Source: Mobula hypostoma
Lineage: Eukaryota
Assembly (NCBI RefSeq): GCF_963921235.1
Contig: NC_086097.1
Span: forward strand, 77,564,001 to 77,628,000
DNA: 64,000 nucleotides
Reading direction: 5' to 3'
The notes below the pieces were generated by a model. The model saw only the letters and a program-made list of their open reading frames with translations. It had not been told where the DNA came from and did no database searches. Both the position numbers and the translations under genes were made by a program. Shown here one piece after another: positions 37,407 to 50,519 of this stretch (the stretch's first letter is position 1; each line of letters starts with the position of its first letter).

Positions 37407-38637
37407 CAGCAGTCCCCAACCACCGGGCCGTGAACCGGTACCGGGCCACAGAGAATGGGCTACCGGGTCGCGAGGAAACGATATGATTTGGCGATATGAG
37501 TCAGCTGCACCTTTCCTCATTCCCTGTCCCGCCCACTGTTGAGCTTGAGCACACGCGAGGTCATTAACAGCGCGTCATCCATGTCAGGGCGGGAAGGAGA
37601 TCAACTCCTCGAGCTTGCAAATGACGGCGGGCTGAAAAGTGTGTTTGACATAACATTTCTGCCGGCTTTCTGGATCAAAGTCAAGGCTGAATATCCTGAG
37701 ACAGCCACGAAAGCACTGAAAATGTTGCTTCCATTTCCAACATATCTCTGCAATGAATGTAATGAAAACTAAATTGCGGAATAGACTGGACATAAGGAAC
37801 CCCCTTCGAGTATCGCTGTCTCCCATCACCCCTCGATGGGACCATCTTGTTGCAGGAAAACAAGCCCAGGGCTCCCACTGATTCAGCGATATTGGTGTGT
37901 TGCAATGATTTTATATTTCCATACGGGGAAAATATGTGCTGTGTGTTTAATATCCAAACATTACTTAAAACGTTATGATGCTATTGACTGATAAGTGACT
38001 TATACAACCGTATAACAATTACAGCACTGAAATAGGCGATCTCGGCCCTTCTAGTCCGTGCCAAAAACTATTCTCACCTAGTCCCACCAACCTGCACTCA
38101 GCCCATAACCCTCCATTCCTTTCCTGTCCATATACCTATCCAATTTTTCTTTAAATAATATCGAACCTGCCTCTACCACTTCTACTGGAAGTTCTTTCAA
38201 CACTTACTTCAAGCACCCCCTCCTCCCCGATGATTGACTTAGCATTATATTCATGCGAGGCAAATATGCGCTGTGTGTTTAATATTAAATTCGTTAGATA
38301 AACCCTTTTAGAAACGAAATTGAGTGTATTAGCCCCTTGTTACCAATATTCCGGTCGTGATTACCCCCCCCGAACAGAATCGCCAAAAAAGATTTGCAGA
38401 GAATATCATCGGCAGGTACACACATGCGCAGGTCATGCATGCGCACTGGTGTCCGCGCAAGGCTTCATGGTCATTGTAGTCTTTCTCGGGGTAAACACAA
38501 CGTATTTTTTGACTGCTACTCTTGTCCGTTGGCAACCCTACCCTCCAGCACCCCCCCCCGCCCCCGGGTCGGCTGGTCCGCAAGGATATTGTCAATATTA
38601 AACCGGTCCGCAGCGCAAAAAAGTTTGGGGACCCCTG
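37407..38637 (+). mobile_element. hAT Charlie/Buster non-autonomous composite element
   Basis: TIRs CAGCAGTCCCCAAC / TTTGGGGACCCCTG; 8-bp TSD atctacag (37399-406) / atatacag (38638-45). Transposase dimerization-domain remnant QLLELANDGGLKS.F...FWIKVKAEYPE.ATKALK.LLPFPT at about 37590-37880. Confidence 0.9.
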
Positions 38638-38809
38638 ATATACAGGACCATCAGATTTTGATTTTCATGATTTTGGCCTAGTAAAAATAAAAACAAGATA
38701 CTTCTACATTTTCTCATGAGGATGGCGTAGAATCTGGAAGGAACAAACAATTGACGGTGTTCCGATTCACTAGCTAGTACAGGCTGCAAGCTATGGACCT
38801 GGTATTGTG

Positions 38810-40075
38810 GCACATGATAAAATAGGCTGAAGCCAGCATGGTTTCCTGAAGGGGAAATCTTGCTTGACGAATCTGTTAGAATTCTTTGAGGAAATAACAG
38901 GCAAGATAGACAAAGGAGAATCAGTGGGTGATGATTCCCTGGGTTTTCAGAAGACCTTTTGACAATGTACTGCACATGAGACTGCTTAATAAGCTTTCAG
39001 ACCATGGTATTACACAAAAGATACTAGCATGAATAGAAGATTGGTTGACTGGCAGAAAGCAAAGAATGGGATAAACAGGGACTCTTCTGGTTGGATGCCA
39101 GAGATTAGTGGTGTTCTGCAGAGGCTGGCATTGGGACCACTTCTTTTCATGTTATATGTCGATGATTTGGATGACAGATTTGATGGCTTTGTGGCCACAT
39201 TTGTAGATGATACAAAGATAGGAGGAGACACAAGTAGTGCTGATGAAGCAGGGAGCCTGCACAAAGACTTAGACAGATTAGGAAAATGGGCAAAGAAGTG
39301 TCAGATGGAATATAGGGCAGGGAATTGCCTGATCATGCACTTCGGTAGACTATTTTCTAATTGGAGGAAACATTCAAAATTAGAGGTGCAAAAGGACTTG
39401 GGGGTCCTTGTGCATGATTCCCTGAAAGATAACTTGTAGGTTGACTCTGTGATAAGGAAGTTAAATGCAGTGTTAGCATTCATTTCAAAAGGAAAAGAAG
39501 CAAGGATGTAATGCTGAAGCTTTATACAAAATTGGTCAACAGTTATGGGCCCATTATCTTAAAAAAAGATGTGTTGGCATTGGACAGAGTCCAGATGAGG
39601 TTCATGAGACTGATTCCAGGAATGAAAGATTTAATATTATGAGGAGCATTTGATGGCTCTGGGCCTGTACTCAATAGAGTTTAGGAGAATGAGGGGCAAT
39701 CTTCAAACCTATTGAATATTGAGATACTTAGAGAGGATGTGGAGAAGATGTTTCCTGTAATGGGGAAGTCTAGGACCAGAGGGCACAACCTCAGAGTAGA
39801 GGGATGTCCATTTAGAACAAATGTGAGGAGAAATTTATTTAGCCAGCAGGTGGTAAATCTGAGGAATTCTTTGCCACAGACAGCTGTGGAGGCCAAGTCA
39901 TTTGGCATATTTATGGCAGAGGCTGATAGGTCCTTGATTAGTCATGGTGTCAAGGGTTATGGGGAGAAGGCAGGAGAACGGGGTTGAAAAGGCTATTAAA
40001 TCAGCCATGATGGAAGGTCAGAGCAGTCTCGATGGGCTGAATGGCCTAATCTGCTCCTATGTCTTCTGGTCTTTG
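38810..40075 (+). mobile_element. CR1 LINE, RT region to 3' tail, decayed
   Basis: QHGF..GKSCLTNLLEFFEEIT, SGVLQ...LGPLLF.LYVDDLD, FVDDTKIGG, PFRT.VRRN.FSQ.VVNL.NSLPQ. Confidence 0.88.
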
Positions 40076-40469
40076 AATGTGATCATTTATTTGAATGGAA
40101 TGTTATTAGACAATTATTAGACAAGGGTCAACAATATGCAAGATGTACAAACTGCATCATAGTCCAAGATATTGCAATTTCAGTTTTGTGGAATCAGTCA
40201 TGAACATTACCACTTTTAGCCTTATAATGCAAAAAATAATTGCCTGCTGAAGCAGCTGATGACAGCCGATCCTTAGTCTCTGCCCTAAGAAAGTCATGCT
40301 ATAACGTCTTATGCTCAGGACCACATAAGATGGTGTTGCGTTCAACTCTAGCTAATGTATATTTTTCCCCATTACTGATCATTTTGATTTTATTAGTGTT
40401 TGTTGAGGCAGAAATAACTCAGGTGCCTACCTGATGTCAAGAAGGGTCAATCTTGCATCTTCTCAGCAA

Positions 40470-40755
40470 TGCCAAGGTTGGACTAATATTTGGCAAAATA
40501 TATACAAGGCTTCCATGAGTAGGTGAATAAGGGAAGAATGACAGCATTCCCAGCAACTCCTACTCCCAATATCATTCTCTTTTAACAGTGAAACCTTGTT
40601 GTCCAGAACTGACTGGGGCTGTAGCCAAGATATTCCAGAACAAATATAACTCAAAGTGGAAAACTGCCCAGGCATGTTATGTGCGTAAAAGTCAGAACAA
40701 TTTCAATTCCGTCAACTGTTGTTCAGTGAATCCACTCTCTGATATTATCGGAAGA
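40470..40755 (+). mobile_element. Highly decayed LINE RT N-terminal fragment
   Basis: KPCCPEL...AKIFQ...WKTAQ...V.K....NS.N..S.N.LS.I resembles the conserved pre-RT motif (WK.A.V.PV.K...NYRPISLL). Confidence 0.45.
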
Positions 40756-42261
40756 GTCCCACACCCTGGGTGTGCATTGGAGGAAGATCAGAGCGACGAT
40801 TTCACAAATCTTATGAGGGACGACTGCAAAAGTGTTGGTGTTGGATGGTAATGGCCAATAATTGGCTAGTTGGGATAATGATGGATAGAGGCATTTGAGG
40901 GAAGTGAAGGCAGGTATGATCAGAAGTGAGGAAAGTTTATGTAAGTATCTCCAGTAGGAACCTGCTGAACTGGGACTTTATAGCAGTAGTTCAGGAAGAA
41001 TAAACTCCTTAACCTTACCTGAGACAGGCCGAGTCATGTGATATCTAAGAGCATCTGCAGCACAGAGACAAGCAAATCAGTCCAACTGGTGCATACTGAT
41101 GCCTATGCTCCACAGAAGACTCTTCCCATTTTCCTGTATTTAAATCTATCAATGATACATTCTATTTCCATCTCCCTCTTTTGTTAGTCCGTCTCTGAAA
41201 TTGATCCATAGCATTGACTCTGATCACTCTCTGTGAAGTCCATATTCCCTCTGGTCTATGGGTAAAGAGGATTCTTAGTTGGATATCACATGTTGAAGGC
41301 TTCTGGTCACACCCCTTTCCTATATCTGCTCTATCCAAACTCATAATTTCAATGATGTTTATTGGGCCACCGCTTGGTATTTTCTCAAGAACAAGACCTA
41401 CCTTAGAGTCATTAGGAGTCTAGTGCTTGGACTTTAAATAATGAAAGACATCAGGCAAGTGTTGTATGTGGTGTGAAGTCAGTACACTTCCCTGGTGGCT
41501 TTGTGAATGGGTACCTTATATGCACCAACATGCCAGCAACAATTGTAATCATTGCTCTTCTAAATGAATGATGCCTTTCTAAACTAAGTATCTGGATCTT
41601 TTGGTTTATAGTTTGCTACTCACAGTTTAGTTTGAATGCTGTTTATTTGGTGCTATTCAAGTGTGATGCAATGGTGGTAATTCATAACAGAAGGAAAAAT
41701 AAGATGAGAGACAGAAGGATTGGTTTTTGAAAGAAAAGAGCTCCGAAGAAATATCAAATAACCGCAATTCAAAACAAAAACAAAGAGGGTGGTAGCCAAA
41801 GGATAAAATCCGATGTGTGTATAAATATTGTTGAATTAATAAATTTGACTGGGGACTGAAAATTGCTAGGAAATTACTTGAAAAGACCTTGTAAATTCAC
41901 CTGTGATGATGCTGGGCCTTCAGTTCAGTGACTCACTCTGATTAGATCATCCAGCACTTCTATCTGCATGGCCCTGAAGTGCCATCCTGGATTCCAGGAA
42001 CAGTCCAGGAACAGCTCCTCAACACAAGACCTTCTGGCAGTGAAGCGAGGCCGGCACTAAGTGTCAACTAGATTAAATTAAAAGATCAGTGAAGAACCCT
42101 TGGAGGAAATTCATTATGAAAAGTGCTCATTAGTTCCAAATACTACTACTGCTACTCTGAACCATAAACTCACATGTTGATATTTGCATTAGACTAAATT
42201 GTATGAGATTATAACTAATATTTTCAGCAATGCATTATGTTATAGAAAATATATTTGCAGA

Positions 42262-42670
42262 TTAGCTTGGAAGAGGCCTTTGAAAGGAAGCTCTCCAAGT
42301 ACGCAGGACTGGTCAGCAACTGTCAGCAGGCTGGGTGGAGAGCGAGGTGTTTCCCAGTGGAGGTTGGTTGCAGGGGATTCATAACCTGTTCTTTAGTTAG
42401 AGCCTTCAGCATTTTGGGCATCGAGGGAGAGAGGAAGAGGAGAGCCATCCACAGTACCACCGATGTGGCAGAGAGGGCCTCAAGATGGCTGTGGCTCAAA
42501 AGAGGGGAGCCATGGAGTCAGAAGTAGCTAGCCATCTGAACACAAGCTGGGGTCTGATCAGCCCCGGTTGGGTCACCTGGAGGAGGTTGTATGATGTTGA
42601 AAGACCTGAAACACCCGATGATTTCAGGAACATCACTGAAGATGTGTCCAGAAGCATCAATAGATGTATG
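42262..42670 (+). mobile_element. Hero-like (restriction-like endonuclease, R2 group) LINE 3' fragment
   Basis: EEAFERKLSKYAGLVSNCQQAGWRARCFPVEVGCRGF...AERASRWLWLKR has the K..KY and P.EVG.RG restriction-like endonuclease signature; short 3' UTR follows. Confidence 0.8.
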
Positions 42671-44442
42671 TACACAGAGTGTACAAACAGCACCTTTGCT
42701 ATCTGGCTTGATTCCATCAACTCTATTCTCCCAGGTTTAGAATGTGCTGGCTATTATTTCAAAACAGGAAGGCTGCTTGACTGATTTACAGATGGAGGTC
42801 ACTTTCTGACACTTCCAGTATAGTGTTATTTAAGAGAGCATACTGTATATAAAAATGTCAATATGTTTCAGTAATGTACTGAAATGTGCTTAAATACTTG
42901 GCAGACACTGGAGTTCACAAAATGATGAACTATTTGTTGCTAGGGGTGAATGCAACAAAACTGTTTTTCTGGGTAGATGGTGCTGTGTCCATTTAATTTT
43001 TTAAAATTTGTTCGGCATTGCTGGAACAGGCGGTCTGATAAACCTGAAGTGAAGTGAAGAAACAGGCATTTGTGACCCAATGAAAAGGACAAGCAGCTCA
43101 GAGATATCTGCATGTATTGTTTAATATGGAACTCACAAAGTGACAGTGATACAGCGCTCCTTCAGAGGCTATATCACCTTGAACTCATGCAAATTTAAGG
43201 TATTTACAAATTAGTCACACTTTAAAATGCACAAAAATATTAGCACTGCTGCAAGGAGTTTGTGTGAGGTTTAATGGCATACTAATCCATGTTTACTGCC
43301 CAGAAATTTCTCTGTGCCTCAAAAAGTATTCTAATGCAGTGAGGTTTTTCCAATTGATTACAGAAGTACTTCAAAATTCGAACAACTGTAATATGTTACC
43401 ACTATTTGATGTTTCAGTTTCTACTTGAATCATATTTTTCTCCAATATTTGTCTAGAAATACAAAAGTACTTATAATATTAAATGACATCTGTTCATTTT
43501 ACTTATGATTTGCTGTCTGTGAGAAATTTTAATGTGACTAGCCAGCTTGATGACATCATTGCTCTGCTGAATGCCAAGGATCACCTTGAAACGACTGCAA
43601 CCAATAGCTCAATCCATGCCAGCAGCTTTCCTTGAGATCAGTGGTGAGGACTGCTGCCACTGACCACAAAATCCATCCCATTCATTTACTAAGACATGAA
43701 ATGCTGTCAAACCAATTATCTGAACCCACTTGTTTATGTATCAGAAAGGTCCCTGGTTTGCCAAAGGAATTCAACATTAATCATAAGGAGATCATTATTC
43801 CCTTACTTCTGCCTCTGATTGGAACAAGTAGTGTATAAATCCTAGGTAAATTTATAGTAACATAGTAATATAAGATTATAACATATTAACATAAGATTGT
43901 TGTCATGTTTCTAATGTAAGAGTCACATTTAAATGTAGATTACATCTATGAGAGGTCAGTAATTATACTTTCAAGGAGTAATTGGATAAATTTTACAATA
44001 CTGTTTGTAGATAATTAAGATGTGATGCAGCCAAGGCATAAGCATAACTGATATGTCCAAAGATAATGAATCATAGATTTGAATCTAATTGAGTAAAATT
44101 CTGATTCACAAAGGATGCAATACTTTGGAAGCTACTGACATATTGCAATGTTCTTGCTAATTACAGCATACATTAACCTTAAACAGGAGGATTAAAATTG
44201 TTCACTTGCTCATTTCAATGAATCAAATTAGTTAAGTTCTAAAAGTGGATACTGAGTCACAAGTATTTAGGGCTTTTACTCACTGCAGCAGTTCATCAAA
44301 GTAAAGAACAGTGTTAAAGGATATACCCAGTAATTGAATTTGTGGACTCTGAGTACTTTGTTACAACATGTTGCTTGAGTCTTCTCTTATCGATGAACAG
44401 ATTGGTGAATGTGTGGAAACTGTCAGTGAATACCTCTGTTAA

Positions 44443-45214
44443 CATAGAAACATAGAAACATAGAAAATAGGTGCAGGAGTAGGCCATTCGGCCCTTCGAG
44501 CCTGCACCGCCATTTATTATGATCATGGCTGATCATCCAACTCAGAACCCTGCCCCAGCCTTCCCTCCATACCCACTGATCCCTGTAGCCACAAGGGCCA
44601 TATCTAACTCCCTCTTAAATATAGTCAATGAACTGGCCTCAACAGTTTCCTGTGGCAGAGAATTCCACAGATTCACCACTCTCTGTGTGAAGAAGTTTTT
44701 CCTAATCTCGGTCCTAAAAGGCTTCCCCTCTATCCTCAAACTGTGACCCCTCGTTCTGGACTTCCCCAACATCGGGAACAATCTTCCTGCATCTAGCCTG
44801 TCCAATCCCTTTAGGATCTTATACGTTTCAATCAGATCCCCCCTCAATCTTCTAAATTCCAACGAGTACAAGCCCAATTCATCCAGTCTTTCTTCATATG
44901 AAAGTCCCGCCATCCCAGGAATCAATCTGGTGAACCTTCTTTGTACTCCCTCTATGGCAAAGATGTCTTTCCTCAGATTAGGGGACCAAAACTGCACACA
45001 ATACTCCAGGTGTGGTCTCACCAAGGCCTTGTACAACTGCAGTAGTACCTCCCTGCTCCTGTACTCGAATCCTCTCGCTATAAATGCCAGCATACCATTC
45101 GCCTTTTTCACCGCCTGCTGTACCTGCATGCCCACTTTCAATGACTGGTGTATAATGACACCCAGGTCTCGTTGCACCTCCCCTTTTCCTAATCGGCCAC
45201 CATTCAGATAATAA
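44443..45214 (-). mobile_element. Young 5'-truncated CR1 LINE
   Basis: Uninterrupted frame YYLNG..LG.GEVQRDLGV...LYKALVRPHLEYCVQFWSP...; (TTTCTATG)n tail; tctgttaa duplicated at 44435-42 and 45215-22. Confidence 0.92.
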
Positions 45215-46977
45215 TCTGTTAAAACAGTGACGAATGGCCTATGAGTGAAGGGCTCGGGCTGCAGTGTTGAGGTTCTGCTGTGTGAACTAGTGCTCAGCCA
45301 CACTTTGCCCAGCTTAGTCAAGACATGTGTGAACGGGGAGGTAAAGCAAAATGGCTTTTCACCTGGGAAATTGCCATCTCATGTCTCCCTCCCTCCACAG
45401 ATAATGACCTTGAGCCTTTCCAGCATTTTCTGATTTAATTTGAAACTTCCAACATCTTAACTTTGAAAGAAGATTATTTTATTTGTAAGTGCACTAATTT
45501 ACAAAGCTTATATTAAAAGCAATATTCTTCCATTATGAAGAGTACCTCGATTACCGTGAAGGTTATTGAATGGACTGACTTTTTGCAGTCAGAATGGACT
45601 GCAAACAGTCACATGGTTACACAATCAGCAGAGAAGTTATTTTGCTCCAGGCCACTTGATATCCAATTGGTAGGTGCTGGAAACCAAGAAGAACCCAAGC
45701 AGACAGTCCTTTATGCACCTTCTGTTCTTGATATAGACATCCACCTCCATCTCACCAACCTCACCTACAACAAATGTGCCACTCTTATTCACATGATAGA
45801 AAGGCAGCGATAAACAGTTTAAAATTAGGGGTGTGGAGTTAATAGAGCTACTGCTTCATATCCCCAGCAACCTTGGTTAAATCCTCACCTGCGGTGTTAT
45901 CTGTGCGGAGTTTGTACATACTCACTTTTGCTGGATGAGTTGCTTCTAGGTGCTCTCATTTCCTCCCATGACCTAAAGACATGCAAATTGGTAGATCACC
46001 CGGTCACTGTAAATTACCTTTGTGTAAGTGGATGACAGAATCTGGGAACACACATCAAAGTTGCTGGTGAACGCAGCAGGCCAGGCAGCATCTCTAGGAA
46101 GAATTTGAAAGTGGGAGGGGGAGGGGGAGATCCAAAATGATAGGAGAAGACAGGAGGGGGAGGGATGAAGCCAAGAGCTGGACAGGTGATTGGCAAAGGG
46201 GATATGAGAGGATCATGGGACAGGAGGCCCAGGGAGAAAGACAAGGGGGGGAGAAAACCCAGAGGATGGGCAAGGGGTATAGTGAGAGGGACAGGGGGAG
46301 AAAAAGGAGAGTGAGAGAAAGAATGTGTGTATAAAAATAAATAACGGATGGGATACGAGGGGGAGGTGGGGCATTAGCGGAAGTTAGAGAAGTCAATGTT
46401 TATGCCATCAGGTTGGAGGCTACCCAGACGGAATATAAGGTGTTGTTCCTTCAACCTGAGTGTGGCTTCATCTTTACAGCAGAGGAGGCCGTGGATAGAC
46501 ATGTCAGAATGGGAATGGGATGTGGAATTAAAATGTGTGGCCACTGGGAGATCCTGCTTTCTCCAGCGGAGAGAGTGTAGGTGTTCAGCAAAGCGGTTTC
46601 CCAGTCTGCGTCAGGTCTCGCCAATATATAGAAGGCCACATCGGGAGCACCGGATGCAGTACATCACCCCAGCCGACTCACAGGTGAAGTGTCACCTCAC
46701 CTGGAAGGACTGTCTGGGGCCCTGTATGGTGGTAAGGGAGGAAGTGTAAGGGCACGTGTAGCACCTGTTCCGCTTACAAGGATAAGTGCCAGGAGGGAGA
46801 TCAGTGGGGAGGGATGGGGGGGACGAATGGACAAGGGAGTCGCGTAGGGAGCAATCCCTGCGGAAAGCAGAGGGCGCAGGGGAAGGGAAAGATGTGCTTA
46901 GTGGTTGGATTCCATTGGAGGTGGCAGAAGTTACAGAGAATAATATGTTGGACCCGGAGGCTGGTGGGGTGGTAGGT

Positions 46978-47935
46978 CATAGTCATAGTCATAGTCTTAG
47001 TCATACTTTATTGATCCCGGGGGAAATTGATTTTCATTACAGTTGCACCATAAATAATAAATAGTAATAGTAATAGTAATAGTAATACTACTATTAGTAA
47101 ATAGTAAATAGTAATCGCCATGGAAATAATAAATAGTAATAGAATAGTAATAGAAAAATAGTAATAACTAGTTAAATAGTAATATGTAAATTATGAAATA
47201 AGTCCAGGACCAGCCTATCGACTCAGGGTGTCTGACCCTCCAAGGGAGGAGTTGTAAAGTTTGATGGCCACAGGCAGGAATGACTTCCTATGACGCTCTG
47301 TGTTGCATCTCAGTGGAATGAGTCTCTGGTTGAATGTACTCCTGTGCCCACCCAGAACTTTATGTAGTGGATGGGAGACATTGACCAAGATGGTATGCAA
47401 CTTAGACAGCACCCTCTTTTCAGACACCACCGTGAGAGAGTCCAATTCCATCCCCACAACATGACTGGCCTTACGAATGAGTTTGCTGATTCTGTTGGTG
47501 TCTGCTACCCTCAGCCTGCTGCCCCAGCACACAACAGCAAACATGATAGCACTGGCCACCACAGACTCATAGAACATCCTCAGCATCGTCCAGCAGATGT
47601 TAAAGGACCTCAGTCTCCTCAGGAAATAGAGATGGCTCTGACCCTTCTTGTAGACAGCCTCAGTGTTCTTAAACCAGTCCAGTTTATTGTCAATTCGTAT
47701 CCCCAGGTATTTGTAATCCTCCACCATGTCCACACTGACCCCCTGGATGGAAACAGGGGTCACCGGTACCTTAGCTCTCGTCAGGTCTACCACCAGCTCC
47801 TTAGTCTTTTTCACATTAAGCTGCAGGTAATTCTGCTCACACCATGTCACAAAGTTTCCTACCGTAGCCCTGTACTCAACCTCATCTCCTTTGCTGATGC
47901 ATCCAATTATGGCAGAGTCATCCGAAAACTTCTGA
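46978..47935 (-). mobile_element. Rex1/Babar LINE 3' fragment nested in Penelope
   Basis: KFSDDS, WCEQNYLQLNVKKTKELVVD, YKYLG, YFLRRLRSFN; (ATGACT)n tail and (TAATAG)n tract in the 3' UTR. Penelope ggtaggt|gaggacc resumes at 47936. Confidence 0.9.
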
Positions 47936-48974
47936 GTGAGGACCGGGGAACCCTATTCCTAGTGGGGTGGCGGGAGGATGGAGTGAGAGCAGATGTACGT
48001 GAAATGGGGGAGATGTGTTTGAGAGCAAAGTTGATGGTGGAGGAAGGAAAGCACCTTTCTTTAAAAAATGAAGACATCTCCCTCGTCCTAGAATGAAAAG
48101 CCTCATCCTGAGAGTAGATGCGGCGGAGACAGAGGAATTGCGAGAAGGGGATGTCATTTTTCCAAGAGACAGGGTGAGAAGAGGAATAGTCCAGATAGCT
48201 GTGAGAGTCAGTAGGCTTATAGTAGACATCAGTAGATAAGCTGTCTCCAGAGACAGAGACAGAAAGATCTAGAAAGGGGAGGGAGGTGTCGGAAATGGAC
48301 CAGGGTGAAAGTTGGAGGCAAAGTTAATAAAGTCAACGAGCTCAGCATGCGTGCAGGAATCAACGCCAATGCAGTCGTCGATATAGCGAAGGAAAAGTGG
48401 GGGACAGATACCAGAATAGGTACGGAACATAGATTGTTTCACGAAGCCAACAAAAAGGCAGGCATAGCTAGGACCCATACGGGTGCCCATAGCTACAGCT
48501 TTAGTTTGGAGGAAGTGGGAGGAACCAAAGGAGAAATTATTAATAATAAGGACTAATTCCGCTAGACGGAGCAGAGTGGTGGTAGAGGGGAACTGATTAG
48601 GTCTGGAATCCAAAAAGAAGCAGAGAGCTTTGAGACCTTCCTGATGGAGGATGGAAGTATATAGGGACTGGACATCCATGGTGAAAATAAAGCGGTGGGG
48701 GCCAGGGAACTTAAAATCATCGAAAAGAAATACACACATTCTTTCTCTCACTCTCCTTTTTCTCCCTCTGTCCCTCTGACTATATCCTCTGGTTCCCCCC
48801 CTCCCCCCTTTTCCTTCTCCCTGGGCCTCCTGTCCCATGATCCTCTCATATCCCTTTTGCCAATCACCCGTCCAGCTCTTGGCTCCACATCTCCACCTCC
48901 TGTCTTCTCCTATCATTTTGGATCTCCCCCTCCCCCGCCCACTTTCAAATCTCTTACTAGCTCTTCCTTCAGTT

Positions 48975-49010
48975 AGTCCTGACAAAGGGTCTCGGCCTGA
49001 AACGTCGACC
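48975..49010 (+). ncRNA. Hammerhead motif with core mutation (CTGACAA), probably inactive
   Basis: agtc-CTGACAA-agg gtctcgg cct-GAAA-CGTC-gacc; G-to-A change in the CUGANGA box at a CpG. Confidence 0.65.
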
Positions 49011-49879
49011 GTACCTCTTCCTAGAGATGCTGCCTGGCCTGCTGCGTTCACCAGCAACTTTGATGTGTTTTGCTTGAATTTCCAGCATCTGCAGAACTCC
49101 TGTTGTTTGCGACAGAATCTAGGACTAGTTGATAAAAGTGTAGGGAGATGCAGGATGTTGGGAGGTGCAAGGTTAATGTAGGATTGGTATAAATGGTCAT
49201 TGGAAGTCAGCACAGATCCAATGAGCTAAATGGACTGATTCAGTGTTGAGTGAGCTCTGGTAATCAAAAATTGAAGGCTAAGTAACGTGATGAGTAACTG
49301 AGACAGACCCTGTGCATTTCCAGCATTTCCGCTGAGACAGGCCAATGAGTGCAGAGCCTCTAGATAGCACGGCTGCAGAGTGAAGAGTGTTCCAAAACCA
49401 TGGCTGCTCTATCAGTGAACAAAAGGAATAAAGTTGAAATTTTCATTGTGGCTTGAATTTTGTGCATGACACTACTGGCAATCTCCTTTGGGGAAGTTTT
49501 ACATCGAAAGAGAGGTGTTGAAGCAAATGAAAATCGCTTTGAAAAGTCCAAGATCCAAATTTCCCTGTGGGTTAGAAAAGCATGAAGAAGCAGGTGCAAT
49601 GTCACTGTACTCTGGGCTCATTTGATTTTCATCTGCAGAGCACCGTAACGTTAGGAGATGTGTAGAGATCTCCAGCTCTCCTCCTCTATTTGAGGATAAG
49701 ATGGCAAACGTCAGAGGCAGCTGAATACAGAATAGACTGTCGATGTTTGCAAGAAAGCCATATTGAGAGAACAATGAACTAGACTGTGGCCAACGCTTGT
49801 GCAGCCACCACTGTGTTCTCACGACCCTCCTTGTACACAGTTCCACTCACTTCTTCATACATGAACATCGGCCTGACAC

Positions 49880-50065
49880 CGAGGACATAAAAATATGCTT
49901 CAGAGACTCAGCCGCTCAAGCAGTATCCATTGAAGGAGAAAAGAAGTTCTTCGTCAGAACTCCTGAAATATTTTTGACCTGAAACACTAACTGTTGTTGA
50001 TGGACTGAGAGTTTCTGGTATTTTGTGTTTTGATTTCAGATGTTCAGCATCTACGATTTTTTGAT
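49880..50065. mobile_element. Old miniature palindromic Penelope derivative
   Basis: Minus-strand terminus ending ttcgtcagaact, joined to plus-strand cctga...gacctgaaacactaactg and tail. Confidence 0.5.
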
Positions 50066-50519
50066 GGTCATTTTTGTTGTGATTTTCACACCAGTACATG
50101 GTTGTAAGTAATCTATACCCAGCGATCTCACATATTTTTGTTCACAAGTGTTTATGCAATTATATCATCCCCAGAAGTTCCAAGTAGAAAGCAAGTGTCG
50201 GAGGGGGGGGGGAGGTGACTGAAACTGAGGAACTTCAGAGGACAGTGGTTCTTATCCTAAGGTAGACTGCATCTAAAAGCATGCTTTGATAGCACAGTTA
50301 TTCTTTAGAATAAAAATTAACTGGACAAAAACATCTGATAGGATCTGATAATAGCTAGCATGAGGGTAGGAGGTATGTCTCTTCAGTCAACCAGAATGAT
50401 TTAAAGATACCACCACTTGCAGCTTTAAAGGTATCTACATTGGAATTGGTTCTAAGCACAGTGTGAATACTGGGATTATTTTTCCAAAGGTTTGGATTCT
50501 GCGCTATAAGAGAACTGTG

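Larger units (their letters stand above)
46048..49110 (-). mobile_element. Penelope-like element: minus-strand RT/GIY-YIG body (46048-48725) plus inverted 3' repeat (about 48730-49110), 14-bp TSD
   Basis: FTMDVQSLYTSI, NNFSF...FLQTK.VAMGT.MGPSYACLF, LRYIDD; GIY-YIG at about 46375-46750. TSD gacagaatctggga (46034-47) / gacagaatctagga (49111-24). Confidence 0.92.
45828..49258 (+). mobile_element. V-SINE/HE1-type SINE split by a Penelope insertion (halves 45828-46047 and 49111-49258)
   Basis: tRNA-like head, V-domain ggagtttgtac...tttcctccca...cactgtaaatt; the CR1-like tail resumes after the TSD. Confidence 0.7.

Noticed and set aside
42575..42650. Hammerhead-like words (tgatg, gaaac) in the Hero 3' UTR
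   Set aside because: The core boxes are not canonical and I could not build the three stems.
45828..45905. tRNA gene
   Set aside because: It is a degenerate tRNA-derived SINE head that continues into SINE body; I could not draw a full cloverleaf. The same applies at about 50525-50600.
47050..47190. (TAATAG)n array as a CRISPR or satellite
   Set aside because: It is a simple microsatellite in a LINE 3' UTR with no unique spacers, in a eukaryotic context.
47371..48096. 241-aa plus-strand ORF
   Set aside because: It is the antisense shadow of Rex/Babar and Penelope coding sequence.
48269..49213. 314-aa ORF as a novel RT fusion protein
   Set aside because: It is read-through from flank and the antisense inverted repeat into the Penelope RT, created by the inversion junction.
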